DNA of 63,862 nucleotides, the filler included, from Choristocarpus tenellus KU-1152 (lineage: Eukaryota > Protista > Phaeophyceae): NCBI GenBank assembly GCA_964200185.2. It is 8 parts of 8 records of this genome, joined end to end, with 100 filler letters (N's around TTAATTAATTAA, not from the genome) between each part and the next. Parts side by side here need not be neighbours in the genome. Positions count along the whole stretch, not along the records: positions 28,773 to 34,622 come from CAXNAD020009597.1; positions 34,723 to 61,022 come from CAXNAD020000168.1; 6 more parts are not named here. One strand, 5' to 3'. Below, in pieces: positions 29,354-44,200 of the stretch (position 1 is the first letter of the stretch; each line of letters opens with the position of its first letter). Position numbers and translations under genes: made by a program. Below the pieces are notes generated by a model. That model did no database searches. It was not told the origin of the DNA and worked only from the letters and a program-made list of their open reading frames with translations.

Positions 29354-32300
29354 ATGCTAACTAGAAGCGTCCTATTCGCATTTGTGTGCACGCTCGTGAT
29401 TGGTCAGGAAATCTCCGGTGGAGTGGATTATGTGAGTATAGGTGATGGTAGGATGAATGATACATACCTCAATTTCGGACTCGAAGGGTGTGACTTTGAG
29501 GAGATCATTTGTGCTACTTGACTGTTGACTGCAGGGTCAGAAACTGGAAACCCTGTATACGAACGCGCTGAAGGAGATACTGCAGGATTTGGAGGGTGGT
29601 GATAAGATCTGCGAAAATTGGCGAAATATTCATCACCAACAGTGCACGCCAGCTGATGTCTGCGGAAAAGGTATCGTCGAGAACTGTTTGATTTGTCTGG
29701 GGTATCTCCTCTCTGCCTATCGTATTTCCCCCCTTCTCCCTACAATCTCCAGCTGCATGTACCTTTCGCAACCACTTCTTAACCAACGACACTCTTTGAC
29801 GGACCTGGCACCCCAAATTGGTTATCGAAGAACACTTTACACCCCGTTCATTCTCCAGGCTGGCTATTGCGACACGAGAAGCTTGTCCTCGTCCTTCCAG
29901 GCCTGGACGAGATACAAGCAGGTGCTAGAGGCAACAATGTAGTTAGTAATACTGATAAGAGTCAATAGGCATAAGCATGCGATTGTTAAGCGTTGTTGTA
30001 AGGTGTTGGGTTAAGATGCAACTTTGTTCCTCGATGAATAGCCCTGTTGTACCAATCAGTGAGTTCTCCAGAGGCGATACTTACCTCTCACAGAACTTAC
30101 TCTGGCACATTAGGTCTGTGATATGGCGTTGAAGGATTTTAGTAATCCGTTTATTGGTGCACCGTGCAGACCTGCTGCATCTTATGATTGATTTTCTAGT
30201 TGAATGTAGCCCGTTTCCTAGCCTGAGTGTGTTAAGTGTTGCAGCAGGTTCATAAGAAATATGGCTTGAACAGCTTCTGTGGCGATGGGAATGGCGACTC
30301 CACACTATTCTGTGGGGAGGGATACGAGAGCAAAACAACATGCAATGTACTAGTATGCTACTGTTCGTTCGTTTCGCGCAATATATTGTTCTTTGACTTT
30401 CTAAATCGTACAGTGAAAGAGTGGGAACATGCACGTGTTATTCATGTAGAAATGAGACGAGACTCTGTTATGAATGCCCTCACAATTGAGTGAAGATGCT
30501 GTGATCGTTTCCCTCTGCAGACTGGACTGCAGGACAGACCCGTGTGGTGTCGATCATGGGATTGCGAGAAGGGGAGTGGGGAGAGTCAGCTCATTGCGAC
30601 CCTTCTAATCTGGGCATCATGGTCTATTTGGAGGGACCAGAAACGTTGGCGGAGGTAAGTTACTGGGTTTCCTTCCATTGTCTGCATCTGACGTGTAACT
30701 GTGCCTACATTTTTTAGTGCTTTTGTTGACATGTGCAAGTACTTCTTTGGGTCCGATGATTTATGGTCTGTGAAGGTTTCTATACATTTGCAGTGTATAT
30801 GCCTTGGCATCTGGAAGCATTATTTTCTTTCAGCACAAGCAGGTGTGAAGGAAATGTTTTGCCCTGATACAACGGTGTGTTGTCACGTTTATATGAGGAC
30901 TTATTTGTGATAGGGGATTATCTTCAGGTATCCTCACCATCAAGAAAATGACATACTCCTGCTCACTCACTCCTTTTACAGTATACCCCTTCAAACCTTG
31001 TCCTTCACATCTACACCCTGGTTCACCACAATACCTCCCCACCATCGAAAATATGAAGCAGTCGGCTCAACCAGGCAAGGATGGAGCGTGTGAGTGGCAT
31101 GCAGCATTTGCACCTTCTCTCCCTGGGACCTACACGCTCAAGGTCGCGCTGGGTAATTGGCAGGGCAGACTGGAAGCACACCGAAGCAGGTTATTTTTGA
31201 TCGTACTGGGTTTCCTCTACAACACTTTTTACCTCTGCAACACCCCCCGTCATCCCTCGCCAAATTTTTGTTTTGCCCTGGTGTTCTTGCAGATTGTTAC
31301 AACAATTTCGTCCAGTTTCTATCTTTCTCTTTTCTATGTATATTCCATTTTCCTCTACCAGTGTCTGCTTGATCGGTATGTCACAAAGGGGTAGGGACAG
31401 AGGGAAGTGGTTTTCTTGAATTCAACCAAGGTTTTCACGTAATTGGTTTAGAAAGATTCGCCTGTCTAGTTATCTCTGCGACGCATCTTTTCAGAAACAA
31501 CTACCGTTGAAATAGACCTTCGAGGTAGGGTGTGCCCCCCAAACCCCCTCAGCCCCCCTTACTCTCATGTGTGCTTACAGCAAAAAACAAGACACGGAGC
31601 CCAGGAAATGAAAAGGTAGATCTTTAACCGATGCTGCTGGGCTTATTTGGGTAGTTGTGTCCGTGTCTTTTGAAGCTCACATGGTTGTGACAGGGATGAG
31701 TGTAATGCACGTGAAAGACTTGTGTCATGGTCTCTGTGCTGGGGCTTGAGTCATCAGTCCTTTCCTGGAGGCCGGGGGTGGGGTGAGGGTAGGGGGGTGG
31801 CTTAATCACCTCGAGTGTGTGTTGCCTTCATGTAGAGGTAGAACAAGGGGAGGATGCTCATTTCTGTTTGTACGATTTTTGGAACCCCATGAAAAGCTCA
31901 TGCCTAGAAAAGCTCACGCCTAGAAAAGCTCACGCCTTGAAAAGCTCATGCCTTGAAAAGCTCATACCTTGGGTACCCCACTCCTCTCTTTCCACAGTAG
32001 GGGAGTGCTGTCAATTGGGAAATATATTTTTTCGGTGTGTGAATTTTGCCTTGTAGTATGATCATTGCATCTTGCATTGATCTCTGGCGCTTAAAATCCA
32101 CGGACCTATGTAACACCTACCCAGTCACAGAGAATGTTCTTGGGATGACCACAATGGTGTAGCATCCAACATTTTTGCGTCATGCCGTCTCACTACTTTT
32201 GGAACTTGTATGGTACCCTGCACCTGGTACCATTGCAATGTAGAAATCTGTATGACAGTGTTGTGATAATCCCCTGGTAGAGCAGGGTACCATGATCACC

Positions 32301-33653
32301 CTCAAGACAAAATCCAGCGCTGTTCTATGCTGTGTAAATATATATATATGTTCTGCACTGTGGGTTACTGATGGTAGAAATTTAGATCATGGAGGGTGGA
32401 CCAATTTGACGTTTGCATGCCTGACCCACTTGCCCTCTCCATTGACACACCTGCCCCTCGATGCTCGTGTACTCCTTGGCTGGAGTGCATTGAGGTGGAT
32501 TCTTTTTCATAGCCGGAGGCTTACAAGAGTGGTTGATGTTTTGTGTGTTCCAAGGACATGGGGTATGCTGTAACCATCTGCTTGTACCCTCATTCTTCTC
32601 CTGCCACACCCTTGCTGCACATATGCTCTTTGTTGTTGCATAGGTGTGGAAACACTGACGGAGGTTACGGAAATGGATCGGTGATGATGTATTCTGTCCC
32701 TGCAAGGTAACGTAATTGTGTGTCAAAACCACTCTCTGCAGGCAACTCCTCTTCTCTCGCCCCCCCCCCCTCCCCCTTTCCATTCCTTGAACGTATATAG
32801 ACTATACTACGGGATAGAATCTCTTCATGTTGGCCATTGAGCATGTGTTTGCACCCTCAATGTTGAAGGTGTCACATGTTGCACTGCCTTGGTTGGATGC
32901 CCTCTTGGATTTGAGAGGTGGGTGTTTTTTTTTTTAGTAGAACATCTTTTAACCTAGCAGTAAGTCTTGTGTTGGTGTGTTGACATTGGTGGCAGTAGAC
33001 GCCTGCTTTCGTGTAATTGCTTCATTTTTTTGGATTTCGATTATTTTATTGTATTGTTGACTTACGTACTATGCTTCTACAAACCATTCGTAGGGTTAGG
33101 GTAAGGGTAGAGTCCGTGTGAACCAGAGATTGGACTGGGTTTCTATTACAACTGAAGAGAGGCAGGGCTTGTTGATGCATTCTGTTGAGAGGGGGATCCA
33201 GAAGAGTAGGGGGGAGGGGGAGGGGTTAAAATAGTATGATTGAAATCTCCTGTCACAAGGAACATGCCAAACCTGTCAACGGGGGATAACATTCTTAAAC
33301 CTTGTACACGAGACAGTTACGAGACAGTTACGAGACAGTTACGATGTTCTACGGTACAGAAGAGTAACGCCATTGATATTTCCCATGCTTGTGGCTACTG
33401 CTCCCTCCGCTCCCATCCTATCACGACCTAAGCGAGATCCCTCTGTTACGCCCTCTTTCTGTGTCCTGGTTGATGGCTTTTTCTTCTTCTCTTTTCTGTT
33501 GTGGCCCTGTAGTGGTGTGTATTGGCTGGGAGGCCATGAAGCATGCTGTGTGTTATGCACTCGTGCTCCTGGGTGTGCTGGTTGGACGTCGACATCCAAG
33601 GGAACTGCTGCGCTTGTGGATGGGAAGTACAAGTAAGATTTTTAGAAAATGCT

Positions 33654-33694
<41 letters not shown>

Positions 33695-34527
33695 TGCTGG
33701 TTGTTTGTGGTTTGATAACTGCTGCTTCTGTTGGTGCCATATACGTGTACCGTCATGTTTGTAGTAGACATACGAGTTTTAGCACCCGTGTGCCTGTTTT
33801 TTTATTGTTATTGTTGTGTGTCCAGCTCATCTTGCCTGTCATTGATGTGCCCTGCATGCATAGTCTCGGCCGGTGTTATCTACAATTTGTACTTCTTCAA
33901 CCTCTCGTTAAGCATCAATGCACCACCAATAATACTATGTTTGGTCTGTAGCTGCAGGCACCTCTATGTGTGCGATGTTCTTGCCTGTGATGGTGAGCCA
34001 GAACCCTTAGCCTATCTATATTTATCCAGAGAGCGAGGGACAATCAGATAATCTTCATCGGACATACACTTCTTTTTTTTTGTTGAGCTTTAATTCCCGA
34101 TTCCAGTCCATCGCACCATTTCGCCTTGAATTATCCCGTTTCCTGTCTCTCTTCTTGTTCAATTCTAAGTACCGCCGCGCCTCACATTATCCTTCCTGAA
34201 GTAAGTAAAAAAAGTAATGAATCAAGGCCCGCATTGATTGTACTATGTCTTCCATCTGTCTCAGATCAGGATACTTTTCTTTTTTTTCCCACAGATACGT
34301 GTCACGCCTGTGCACTCACCTCACACACCCACCCTTGCATTCTTGGGCTCTGCTATGGCCTCACACATGATGGTGTGGTTGTTGTGTATCACAAGGTGCG
34401 CGCTCTACTCGTCTGTTTCAGGCCCTCCTGACAAGAGCCTTAGAACCGGTGGTTTGATCATGAGTGGGGTGGGGAGAGGTGAGGAGGCAATGGTGTACCT
34501 CGGTCCCTCCATGAGCATCCCAAGAAC
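29354..34527 (+). CDS. Secreted protein, 5' part: signal peptide, filamin/Ig-like segment and PAN/apple-like Cys module
   Basis: Phase-compatible exons 29354-29431 (MLTRSVLFAFVCTLVIG signal peptide), 29535-29670, 29859-29921, 30521-30654 (IMVYLEGPETLAE), 31062-31189 (WHAAFAPSLPGTYTLKVAL), 32644-32706, 33513-33632 (EACCVLCTRAPGCAGWT) and 34396-34527 (CALYSS...SG). Runs into the spacer. Confidence 0.6.
31891..31971. repeat. Intronic minisatellite, 16-bp unit GAAAAGCTCA(C/T)GCCT(A/T) x5
   Basis: Directly visible. Confidence 0.9.
33308..33344. repeat. 11-bp tandem repeat ACGAGACAGTT x ~3.3
   Basis: Directly visible. Confidence 0.9.
33656..33692. repeat. (GT)n microsatellite
   Basis: Directly visible. 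Confidence 0.95.
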
Positions 34528-34914
34528 GTGAGTTCCCCCCTCTGCCCCCCCCCCCCCCCCCCCCCCCCCCTTTAAAATATTAGATGTTGTCCTCCGCCCG
34601 ACCCTTTGGTCATTTTTTTTTTNNNNNNNNNNNNNNNNNNNNNNNNNNNNNNNNNNNNNNNNNNNNTTAATTAATTAANNNNNNNNNNNNNNNNNNNNNN
34701 NNNNNNNNNNNNNNNNNNNNNNTAGTACTTAAGCTTGATTTGCTATATAAATTTGGCTTGTCATGCTTTCGTATGGTCTTTTTTTTTTTTTGGCTCAAGC
34801 TTTGAAATTTTGCAACCCCGGAAGCCCTCCTTTTCAGGACCAAAATATTTTGGATGAAGTTGTATCTTGACCTCTGTCATGCTCCTCTATGCCGTTATAT
34901 GTACGCTTTGATAG

Positions 34915-35210
34915 GTGGCTGTAACTCCGTCATACCCAGGAGGACTTGGAACTGTGGAAAAGCTGGAGGAATCATGGATTCAACTATGGGACCGGTGGAA
35001 CAGTGACACTCGTTCACGTATTGACAGGGTTCTCAATCCTGCCATCCCTCCTAGACCAGAGCCAGCAGCTGCTAATGTTGAAGGTGGTGACTGTGCTGGT
35101 GACTTAGAAAGTGGTGGCTCAGGAGGAGGACAGGGTGAAGATCATAGTAGTGGGGAAGGGGAAGGGGGGGGGGGGGGGAAGGGGGGCGGGGGGGGGGGAA
35201 GGGGGGCAGG

Positions 35211-35247
<37 letters not shown>

Positions 35248-38200
35248 ATAGGGAGCCGAGGAGTGTGGGGGAGGACATCTAACACTCTTTCTTCTGGTGC
35301 ATCATCTGCATCATACCTATCATCTGCAGCTGCAGCTCTTGGGACTGTGGTGATGGACACAGCTGCGGCTGTGGGGCAGGTAAGAAAGATCATGCAGTAT
35401 AGAGACAAAGGTGGATGTTTGCTCCACGTATATCTCTGAACACACAAGAGTGCCTGGTTCATCTAGTGCAGCAGTGCAAGAGCTGGTACTTTGTTGACCA
35501 AGAAACATTGAAGTGGATAGATACATGGAGATAAAATATCTACTGTTACTGGAATTTCAAATGTATCTACATTAGCCTCAGGGCGTAGAAATCCGTGCTG
35601 CAAACTTAACAATCAGTATGTTATGGTTACCTTCCACAAGATGATGGAGATGGGCTTCCCCAAGGAGTGGTGTGAGGTTGCTCTACGTCGCTGTGGTAAC
35701 AGCCTGGAACAGGCAGTCACCTTTTGCTTTGAGCACTCGCATGACATGGACCAGATCCTCGCCACAGAGCAGGTGCGAGCATATCATTCCAATATTATGC
35801 TCAGTTGGTGAACGAGACCTATCCCCCTTCATTGATGTGTTATACCCTCACATTTTTTTTGTTCTTCCTTGCTGTATTTTGATTGTTGCAGGCTGCTGAT
35901 GCTCATGCTGCAGTGGCCAACCGTGGTGGACAGACTTTGGAAGGAGCAATGCGCTCGTTAGAAAGGTAAACCTTGGTAGAAACGAGTGCCTTTACATCCA
36001 CTACTTTAGAATATATAACTACATATCAGACAACAATGTACCAAGTCTTCAAGTATTATGTGATCTCCAACAGGTTAATCTATGATTCATATCTCTGTTT
36101 GGTCTAATACTGAGCAACCAATTTGTTGTAACCTCCTGTTGAACTGAGATAAGTTAAACGATTTTTAAAGTTTTCCTTGATGTGCACTCTAGTTTTCAGT
36201 TGGGACAAATGTCTTACATATCATAGTATGCAAGAGGACATCGAGCTGTCTGAACTATACATTCCTTTTCTACCTTCCCAGAGTAGTGCTTATAAGGTAC
36301 ATTTCCCCCATCATTTACAGTACACTTTTCATCAAGCAGCTGATGGAGATGGGCTTTCCTCCGTCATGGTGCACCAAAGCCCTAGCTGCCAATCATAACA
36401 ATGTTGATGCAGCACTGACATGGATTCTCTCTCATGGGGAGGCATTGGCTGCTGAGGAGCTAGGGGCTGACAATATGGGAGATTCTAGTGGCCTTGATGT
36501 CCAGCTAAGAGGGGAGATTCGTGAGGAAAATGAGGGCATGAGTGGGGAGGTTGGTGAGGATGGGGCTGTCTTGGAGCAGGGATCAGAGGTTGCTGTGCCT
36601 AGCGTGAACCCTCTTCAAGCTGTCAGTGGTGTTGGCGAATTCCGGAAGGACCTCACGGTAGAAGGGGTAAGGCAATCCATCTTGTGGTAATCAATGCATT
36701 GGCTTTGTGTGCACAAGCTGATTTTTTTGTGTGAGCATGTATATGTCTGTTGTCTCACTGGAGACACTGGTGTTACCTTTCATTATGGTGCAGGTGCCAA
36801 CTGGAGGATTTGCCAGTGTTGGCTGCCGAGGCTGTCTCTTATCTGAAGGTGAGTGAATACAGTGAAAGTGATACTTCTTTCCCATACCATTTTTTAATTG
36901 GTTAGAATCTTCTGATCGTGTTGCTAACAGTAAAGGGTACCTTTTGATTGCATTATCAAAATGGCTTTGATTCGAAGCGGATCTCTTGTTGGCTACTGGT
37001 ATGTTCATGTGGATGATGGAATGGAAATCTTGAGCCTTTTTTGTGAGGTAGTACATCACCACCTCCCATCCTTACCAACAGGCAAGTGGTACTATGAGGC
37101 CACCCTGAAGACGGCTGGGTGTATGCAGTTAGGTTGGAGTGACGCTGCATATCAGGGCAACGCCGAGAATGGTGATGGGGTTGGCGATGGCCCTCACTCA
37201 TGGGCATATGATGGATGGCGCCAGTACAGGTAATACACATTTATCATTGTAGTGATCTCTTGTGTGCCCTCTTGGGTGCAAAGGGCAATATTATCACGGC
37301 TTTGGAGGATAGGGTGGGCCGTCGTCATGTGGGTGAGGTCAACCCCTTGAAGGGGGAAGAGGTGAATGAAGAAGTTGTCAAGTCCAAAAAGGCTTAAGAC
37401 ATCCCACACAGAAGCATAAGCAGATTCTACTTATTTATAGTCCACAACACAGCGTTGCCTTTGGGAGCATAAAAACAATTGAAGGAATACTTCCTGACCC
37501 AGTTAGTACCATCTTCTGGAGCGTCTCAATTTCTTCATCTGACTGGTTCAGGAAGTGTTCCTTTAATTGTTTTTATACTCCTGGAGGTAATGCTGCGTTA
37601 TTTTGGACTTTACATTTGTAGAATCCGCTTGTGCTCCTCTGAGTATGATGTTGTAAGCTTTTTTGGCCTTAGCGACTTCTTTGCTCATCTCTGATTTTGG
37701 TGAATATTGAGATACCATTGTTCCTCTGGGGCAGATAGTTGCCGACCCTCTGTCCCAGTGGAACTATGTTTGTTGTCACAATGTTCAACAAATTTGACGC
37801 TTGAAGTTTTCCTTCCTGCATCCATGGGGCTGCACATGTTTGTTTCCTCTTTCATCAGGGTTTGACCCAGATGCAAATGTGTGCCTCTACAGCTCTTGTC
37901 TCTTTGTTTTTCCCCTCTTTCAGGTGGCATGATGGTCACACACCATGGGGTGCTCGGTGGGCTGTTGGGGATGTTGTGGGATGTGCGATAGATCTTGATC
38001 ATGGAACAATGTCATTTACTCTAAATGGACGAGCTGATGAGATTGGAATGGGTGTGGCTTTCAAGGGCTTGGCATTTTCTGGAGGACTCTACCCTTGTGC
38101 AAGCTTCAACCGCCGTGAGTGTCTACAGTTTAATTTTGGGTCAACTCCATTCAAACATGCCCCACCTGGCCACTGTCCCTATATGGACATGGTTGTCAAG

Positions 38201-41200
38201 CGCATTGAAAACTACAAGACTCTGGTGAAGAGATTGGTCGATGCTGGAGGCGATGGCCCTAGAACAGGCATCCCGTGGGCTTTGACTGTGGACAAGAGAG
38301 CGACAAAGGAGAGCAAAGATGGGTCTACAACTTATGCACCAGGGGATGGCCTGAGCGGCCTGTGCATTGAAGATTGCCTAGAGGAAGAGGTAAGCTGGAC
38401 TTTGTCTTGGTGTGTGGGGGACTCCATTTTTCTTGGGCTTGTGCTCATAGGTTGCAATGTTGTGTCAGTGTGATATACACCTGTTCCACTTGACTGTTGT
38501 GACCTTAGTGTTTTTGGTGTCATTATGGGTTTTCCCAATATTGCTTGGGGACTGGATGCTGAGTTATTGATGTCAAAGTGGGTGCATCTACCTTTTCTAC
38601 TTCATCCACAACAATTATTTAACCCCAGGTGGGCCGAGAAGGCTTTATCTGGCACACGCGGTTCTTCAGACCAGATGGAGATGTTGGAGGGTCTTCTACT
38701 GTGGGGTCAAGGTCTTCTGCTGGGTGCGTGTTTCTTGTGTGCTCTACTTCCACAGCTGACATTCTTTGTGATACTATACTTTGTGATGCTATAGTCAGCA
38801 ACCTATGCTTTTTATGTGCACTCAACTATTCTGCCAAAGCTTGATGATTGGAGCGTTGTGTCTGATATTTTGGTGGTGACTTCACACTTGCAGAAGAAAC
38901 ATACCTCTGCAGAGTTTTTTTTTGTTGTTGTTAACATTTTAGGTGTGTTTTTTGGGCTCTCCAATGTCTCATCACACATTTTTTGTGTGAAGTAATTGAG
39001 AAGCTTCAATATTCTTGTGTGCCTATTGGTACTGTGCAGATATTGTCAAGGGTAGAATAAATATGAGAAGGGATATCATCAAACACAACCTATACATAGC
39101 TTCAAATAAACACCTTTCTACACAACTGGCTATTGTTTTGCTGAAAGTGACCTAATAATGGGAAAGAATCCCAGGAATATAATTGACACTGCCTGATCTA
39201 CGTAGCATTCAACTCTGTTAGTATGAGGCTGAGGTGCTGCATGAATGTATTTTAGAGGGTACGATTTTTGCCCTATTTTTCCATTTGGGGCTTGGATTCC
39301 CGTTTTTTTTTTCTGACATTTTGCCTACTCCGAAATTTCAGAATAGGTAAAATGTATACCTTATCAAAAGGTGCACCCAGAACAAGGATATTGACACTTC
39401 CTAACAAACATGAAAGCCAAAATTATATCAAAATTGCAACATTGGATTTTGGCCCCCAAATGGACGCGGCTCTACCCTCTTAAGATAGTTTGACTTTGCT
39501 GTATTGTTTGCCATACAGACCACTAGTAATTGAGGAGCTGCAGCTATTGCCTCGACTGTAGTGCATGATATATGTTTGGTTTTTCATGGTCATCGTCTTG
39601 ATGACATTTTTTAGAAGACCTGGAGATCAAATATACTCTGTGTGGAAGAGAAAGGTGTTTGTTGTGTGCTATTTTTTGTTGAATCGGTAGGAACAAATGA
39701 TAATGAAAGAAAATAACACAATTTTTTCTTCTTTTTGAGCCCCTTGCACAGTTGTTTTTTGCAATCTCTAGAATATTTTAGTGTAGAATAATTTAGGGGG
39801 CAGCAAGAAAATATATTGATCTCTGGCTTGTATCTGGCAATGACCCTCCACTAAGAACAACAAAGTTCCAGAATTTTTATCTGCAGTAGCACACGAAATG
39901 AAACTTGCTAGAAATGTGTCCTTGTTTGTGTCCACTTCTGCATTTGAGGCTTGAGGGGCATGAGTGAAACTATTGTTTGTAACACCTTCAGTTTCTCAAG
40001 GAAATTTGGATATGGAACCATAAATGTCTGGGCTAATGTTGTAGTGACGTTCTTATCTAATCAGACCATTGGGCATAATTTTGTCCTCTTGCATTGTTTG
40101 TGTCCTGCAAGATCTACATGGTTGCAAAGTTTGGGTCCGTGAATGTTTGGCAACCTTTCCTTCAAGGTGGACTGCGTGAAATTATGAGATGTGTAAACAC
40201 ACTCAATAGTGATGTTTTGTCCCCTCATATCCTCGTCAAGTAGTTAGCTGCCTTCAAAATATCCAGGTAGAGTTGATTTTGATTTTGACCTTTCTAAAAT
40301 GTCTCTTTATGGGATAAATTTCACTTTTTTCTCGTCTTTTTGAAGTCATCCCCTTGGTTGAATAGAATGTGTTGACAAGCATAGCATGCAGGCTCCTGTT
40401 TACTGTAGTGCCTGCGTGTCAACCTCCTTGCAGTTGCTGTATCAGAGAAAAACTAAAACTTTGTACTTTTTATGAAAGATCTGAGGTTTCTTTTGGTCTC
40501 CTGACATTTCTAGAGGGATTGATATTGGGGTGTAATGGAAGCATTGGTATTTCATAGGGTTCTCTATTGTTGAGCCCCTTGCCAAGCATCAATGTTAAAA
40601 ATAGAGGCTGTTTATTCTTGTAGGTAGTTTGAGACTTGGTACCATTCTTTTCTTCCAGCATAGTCCTTAGCTCTCTACTTTATAGCATCGTCTTGATCGT
40701 CAGCAGCAAATGCTCAGTGCATTGGCATCTGATTGAATGTTAGTTCACCAAGGTTAACTTTGGTTTGGTTGTAAAATACTCTGTCAGTGTCTGTTCCACT
40801 CCCATCGTGAATAGATTTTGTTGGCATCATATTTAGTGGGATCCCTGGTAGACGCATTGAAGTTTGCTATGTTTGCATTGATGACCAAAATCTTCGTGGT
40901 TTTGAGTGTGTGTGAAGTCTGACTGCTGCTCTGACCTAGCATGTTATTTTATATGGTTATTGCATCATATTTTGATCAGTATGACATGTCAAGCTTCTAG
41001 AGCATATCTGCAACAGAGGTACTTGCTACACCTCCTGCATGCTTTAGTGCGTAGAGGGGGTTGCCACTGACCTTGCTTTGGTCTTTCAATCAAAAAGAAC
41101 CGAGTTCAAAAGGTAGCAAGACCTTTGTTACTGAAGAATGATCCCTTTTTGAGCCAGCTCAGTATTCTATTCAATATGGTAATTGGAATTTCCAAATATA

Positions 41201-44200
41201 CATTCACCGGTTTTCTATCGGTCATACTGAACTGCGAAATAAATCAAAGTCCTACTTCAAGACAGGCCTGGAGCCAACTGTTTAACACTTCTTAGTTCAA
41301 GATTTATTAATATGATAGTACAGTAGCGGGTAGCTCTTGATATTTCAAAACATCCAGGGTCAAGTGAGGACGAGACTCCTCCAACTCTGCCTCTAGAGTG
41401 TTATTAGTGATACCCACATTGGAGGTCGTACTTATACTGCTTTATTTAATTTGGTTCATCTGTCAACTCCACACTCAAGGGCATGCATTGCACTGTTTCA
41501 TGCAGTTTTGGTTTGTCTGCCACCACTGGTGATCGCAGCGTGTATGAATGTTATCCCTCTTCCAATCTATTCAATTTTCAAAATTTCAGGACCCTTCCTT
41601 GTTTCCGTTTGCACCCATCTTGGGTCACAGTGAATCTTCCCGCAGCCAGTCCTTGGCAGCTGCGATTGCCTCTGTCTCTGTGGCGGCAGATGAACTTGGG
41701 GATGCTGTTGGTTTGGGCACTCGTCGTCACTTGCGTAGTGTAGGCTCAGCACTTGCACATGCTTTGGCTGGGACTGATGGTGTTGAAGCAGGGAAGGCAC
41801 AAGAGGGTGGGGGCACAGGACAGCCTGGGGCAGGTAGGGAGGATGGAGGTGCGGGGCAATTAGGAGGGTCAAAGGATGGAACTGAGGCATTATTGGTGGG
41901 GCTATCGGATCAAGAGTATGAGTCCATGGTGGAAATCCGGGACCGCTTGATGGACCTTAGTTGTGATTTGTGTGTTTTATATGCAAGGCGCACTGTGCTC
42001 ACTCTTCTGGGAAAGTGGTCATCATTGCAGCAGAGGTGAGAATCGTTGTGCATCTTTATTAGAGGAGGTGAGAAAGGTAATGCTGGTGGCAGTGCATTAG
42101 AAGCAGATGAGTCTTTTGAGGGAGTTGAGCAGTGCTTTGTTAGTTGCAATGTTGCATGGGACCTTGGCATTTGACTAACAATGTCTGTTGCATTGATTTC
42201 CCCAACCCAGGCCCTTCACCTTAATGAACCTTTGCTCCTCCCCTGGGAAAGAGCCTGAGGCCGAAGCTACTAGTCTGCTGATTCGCTTGGTGACATTGGT
42301 ATCAGCAGAGAGTCAGCACACACAAGTACACTTGCCTGCTCTGTCACTTCTACGTCCTACCTCCAAGGATTTGCGGGTTGTATATGTTGAATCAGCACTG
42401 CACACTGGAGGAGCACCTGCACTGCAAGCCATAACACCTGCAATCCTGGACTTGGTGGTTGAAGCTCGGCAGGGACAGGGGAATTACCTCCTCCAATCTT
42501 TGGCCACATTTGTGGCAATGCAGGTATGATTTTGCTGTCAGGAGTAATAGGTACAGTGTTTGTGTTGGCGGGTAATATTAGGTTGTTGTACTGTAGTTCT
42601 ATTTCCCCAGTCGTCACCATGTGGACATATGTATACCTGCAGATAGGAGTACCTACATCAGGATCTATTGAATTGCTCATTGAGTGGTCTGAGGTTAATG
42701 TGTATGGGAGTTGAACATATTTGAATTGTTGTGCAATTGTGGTGAAATTTCTCACAATGCACAACAGATTGACATTTTCTTTTTCTGAATATAGTCAGTT
42801 TGTTTACTTGTATATTGTTAGGTTACCAAAGTGCCAATGCAAGGTCTCAATACAATGGTGACAACACATTTCATCTCTAGTCTAGTTTGTTCATGCTTTG
42901 TGAAGCCAAGAATCTAAATTTCCTCACATGGCTTGTACTATTTCTTCCCCCAAGGATGAGACCATATTCTCATTGCATTTTGTGTTGACAACGAAATTCT
43001 GTCTGGCGTCCCAATACCAGATAATTGCTGCAGCTGGACGAGGTAGTACCTACCTTGGTGGTAAAGGTTCATCAAACTCTGGGAACCCTACCACGAGGGG
43101 TGAGGGAAGTGTTGGTAGATCACGACTAAGTGGTAAGCATAGCCGAAGCTCTAGACATGGGCGGAACATCACAGACTATCATCCTTTGAGCAATCCAAGT
43201 TTGGCACTGGTGACATGGATTACGAGTGTTCTCTTGGGCGGTGATGTGGATCAAGCTGAAGGTGGTGGGAAACTGGCGTGTTTCCTGCTAGAGGTGAGTG
43301 CTGCGCCTGTCCCCTGATATGGTGCGAACTGTGGCACTGTTTCATGATGTGTATCCCCTGTCTAGCACAGCAGTTGCAACACTCTGACTAATTTTGTTCT
43401 TCGCTTCTCTTCTCCACTTGTCCCCTTGGCAACCTATGTGGACATGCTGCCTGTTCTCAGACTTGGGTATGTGGGCTTAGTTCTGCAGACATGAATCTCA
43501 AACTCACTGCCTTTTCTGTTATCAGTGCTATCTTGCAAGGCCTTGTGTTTTGTCATGATGGAGCACCTCCCCCAGAGGATGCTGATGCTTCCTCAGAGAA
43601 AAAGGTGTGGCGGTTTATGTGTTAGTACTGAGTATTGGGTAAATGTTGTATTATTCTTAAAATTGAACATGTTGAAAGGTCAAGGGATTATCAGTGATGC
43701 AGGCACCTCAAGCTACTGTGGCTGGTGTATGTGAGCATCGAGCCTGAGAGAAAAAAATGCCTCAGAATGCCTGGGATTCAGATGAATAGCTGCAAGAGGG
43801 TCATGGTCTCTATGGCAAGAGACAATCATGAAGACAAGTATACCATTGTTTCCATTTGTTTGTCAATATACACTCTCTCATTTGCCTTACTTTGGTCCTC
43901 AGGCTTCTGAAAAGGACAAGGCGCGCCGACGGAGGGTCATGGACTATTTAGATAAGCTTCCGGTGACAAGGTTGCATGCGTTGACATTGAGCCGACTTTG
44001 GACAGAACGTGCAAGTCAACCAGTGATGTCTCGCTATGTTCAGGTACCCTTGTTGTGTCTCTGTAGTCATTGGTTCTGTTCTTCTAGCTTCACCACAAAG
44101 GTGACCAAGCCAAACTCCCTCCCTAACCAATGGAAACTTCCACTGGGTTCATTGATTTGTGTTTGAGTATGCATCCATTTCAGTGTCTGAGTCTGATTAA

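Noticed and set aside
31891-31971. Regular short repeats resembling a CRISPR array
   Set aside because: Head-to-tail minisatellite with no unique spacers and no cas genes, inside a eukaryotic intron.
35155-35250. Poly-Gly / poly-Pro ORFs from long G runs
   Set aside because: Low-complexity homopolymer tract of doubtful sequencing accuracy; only the plus frame is part of the HECT exon.
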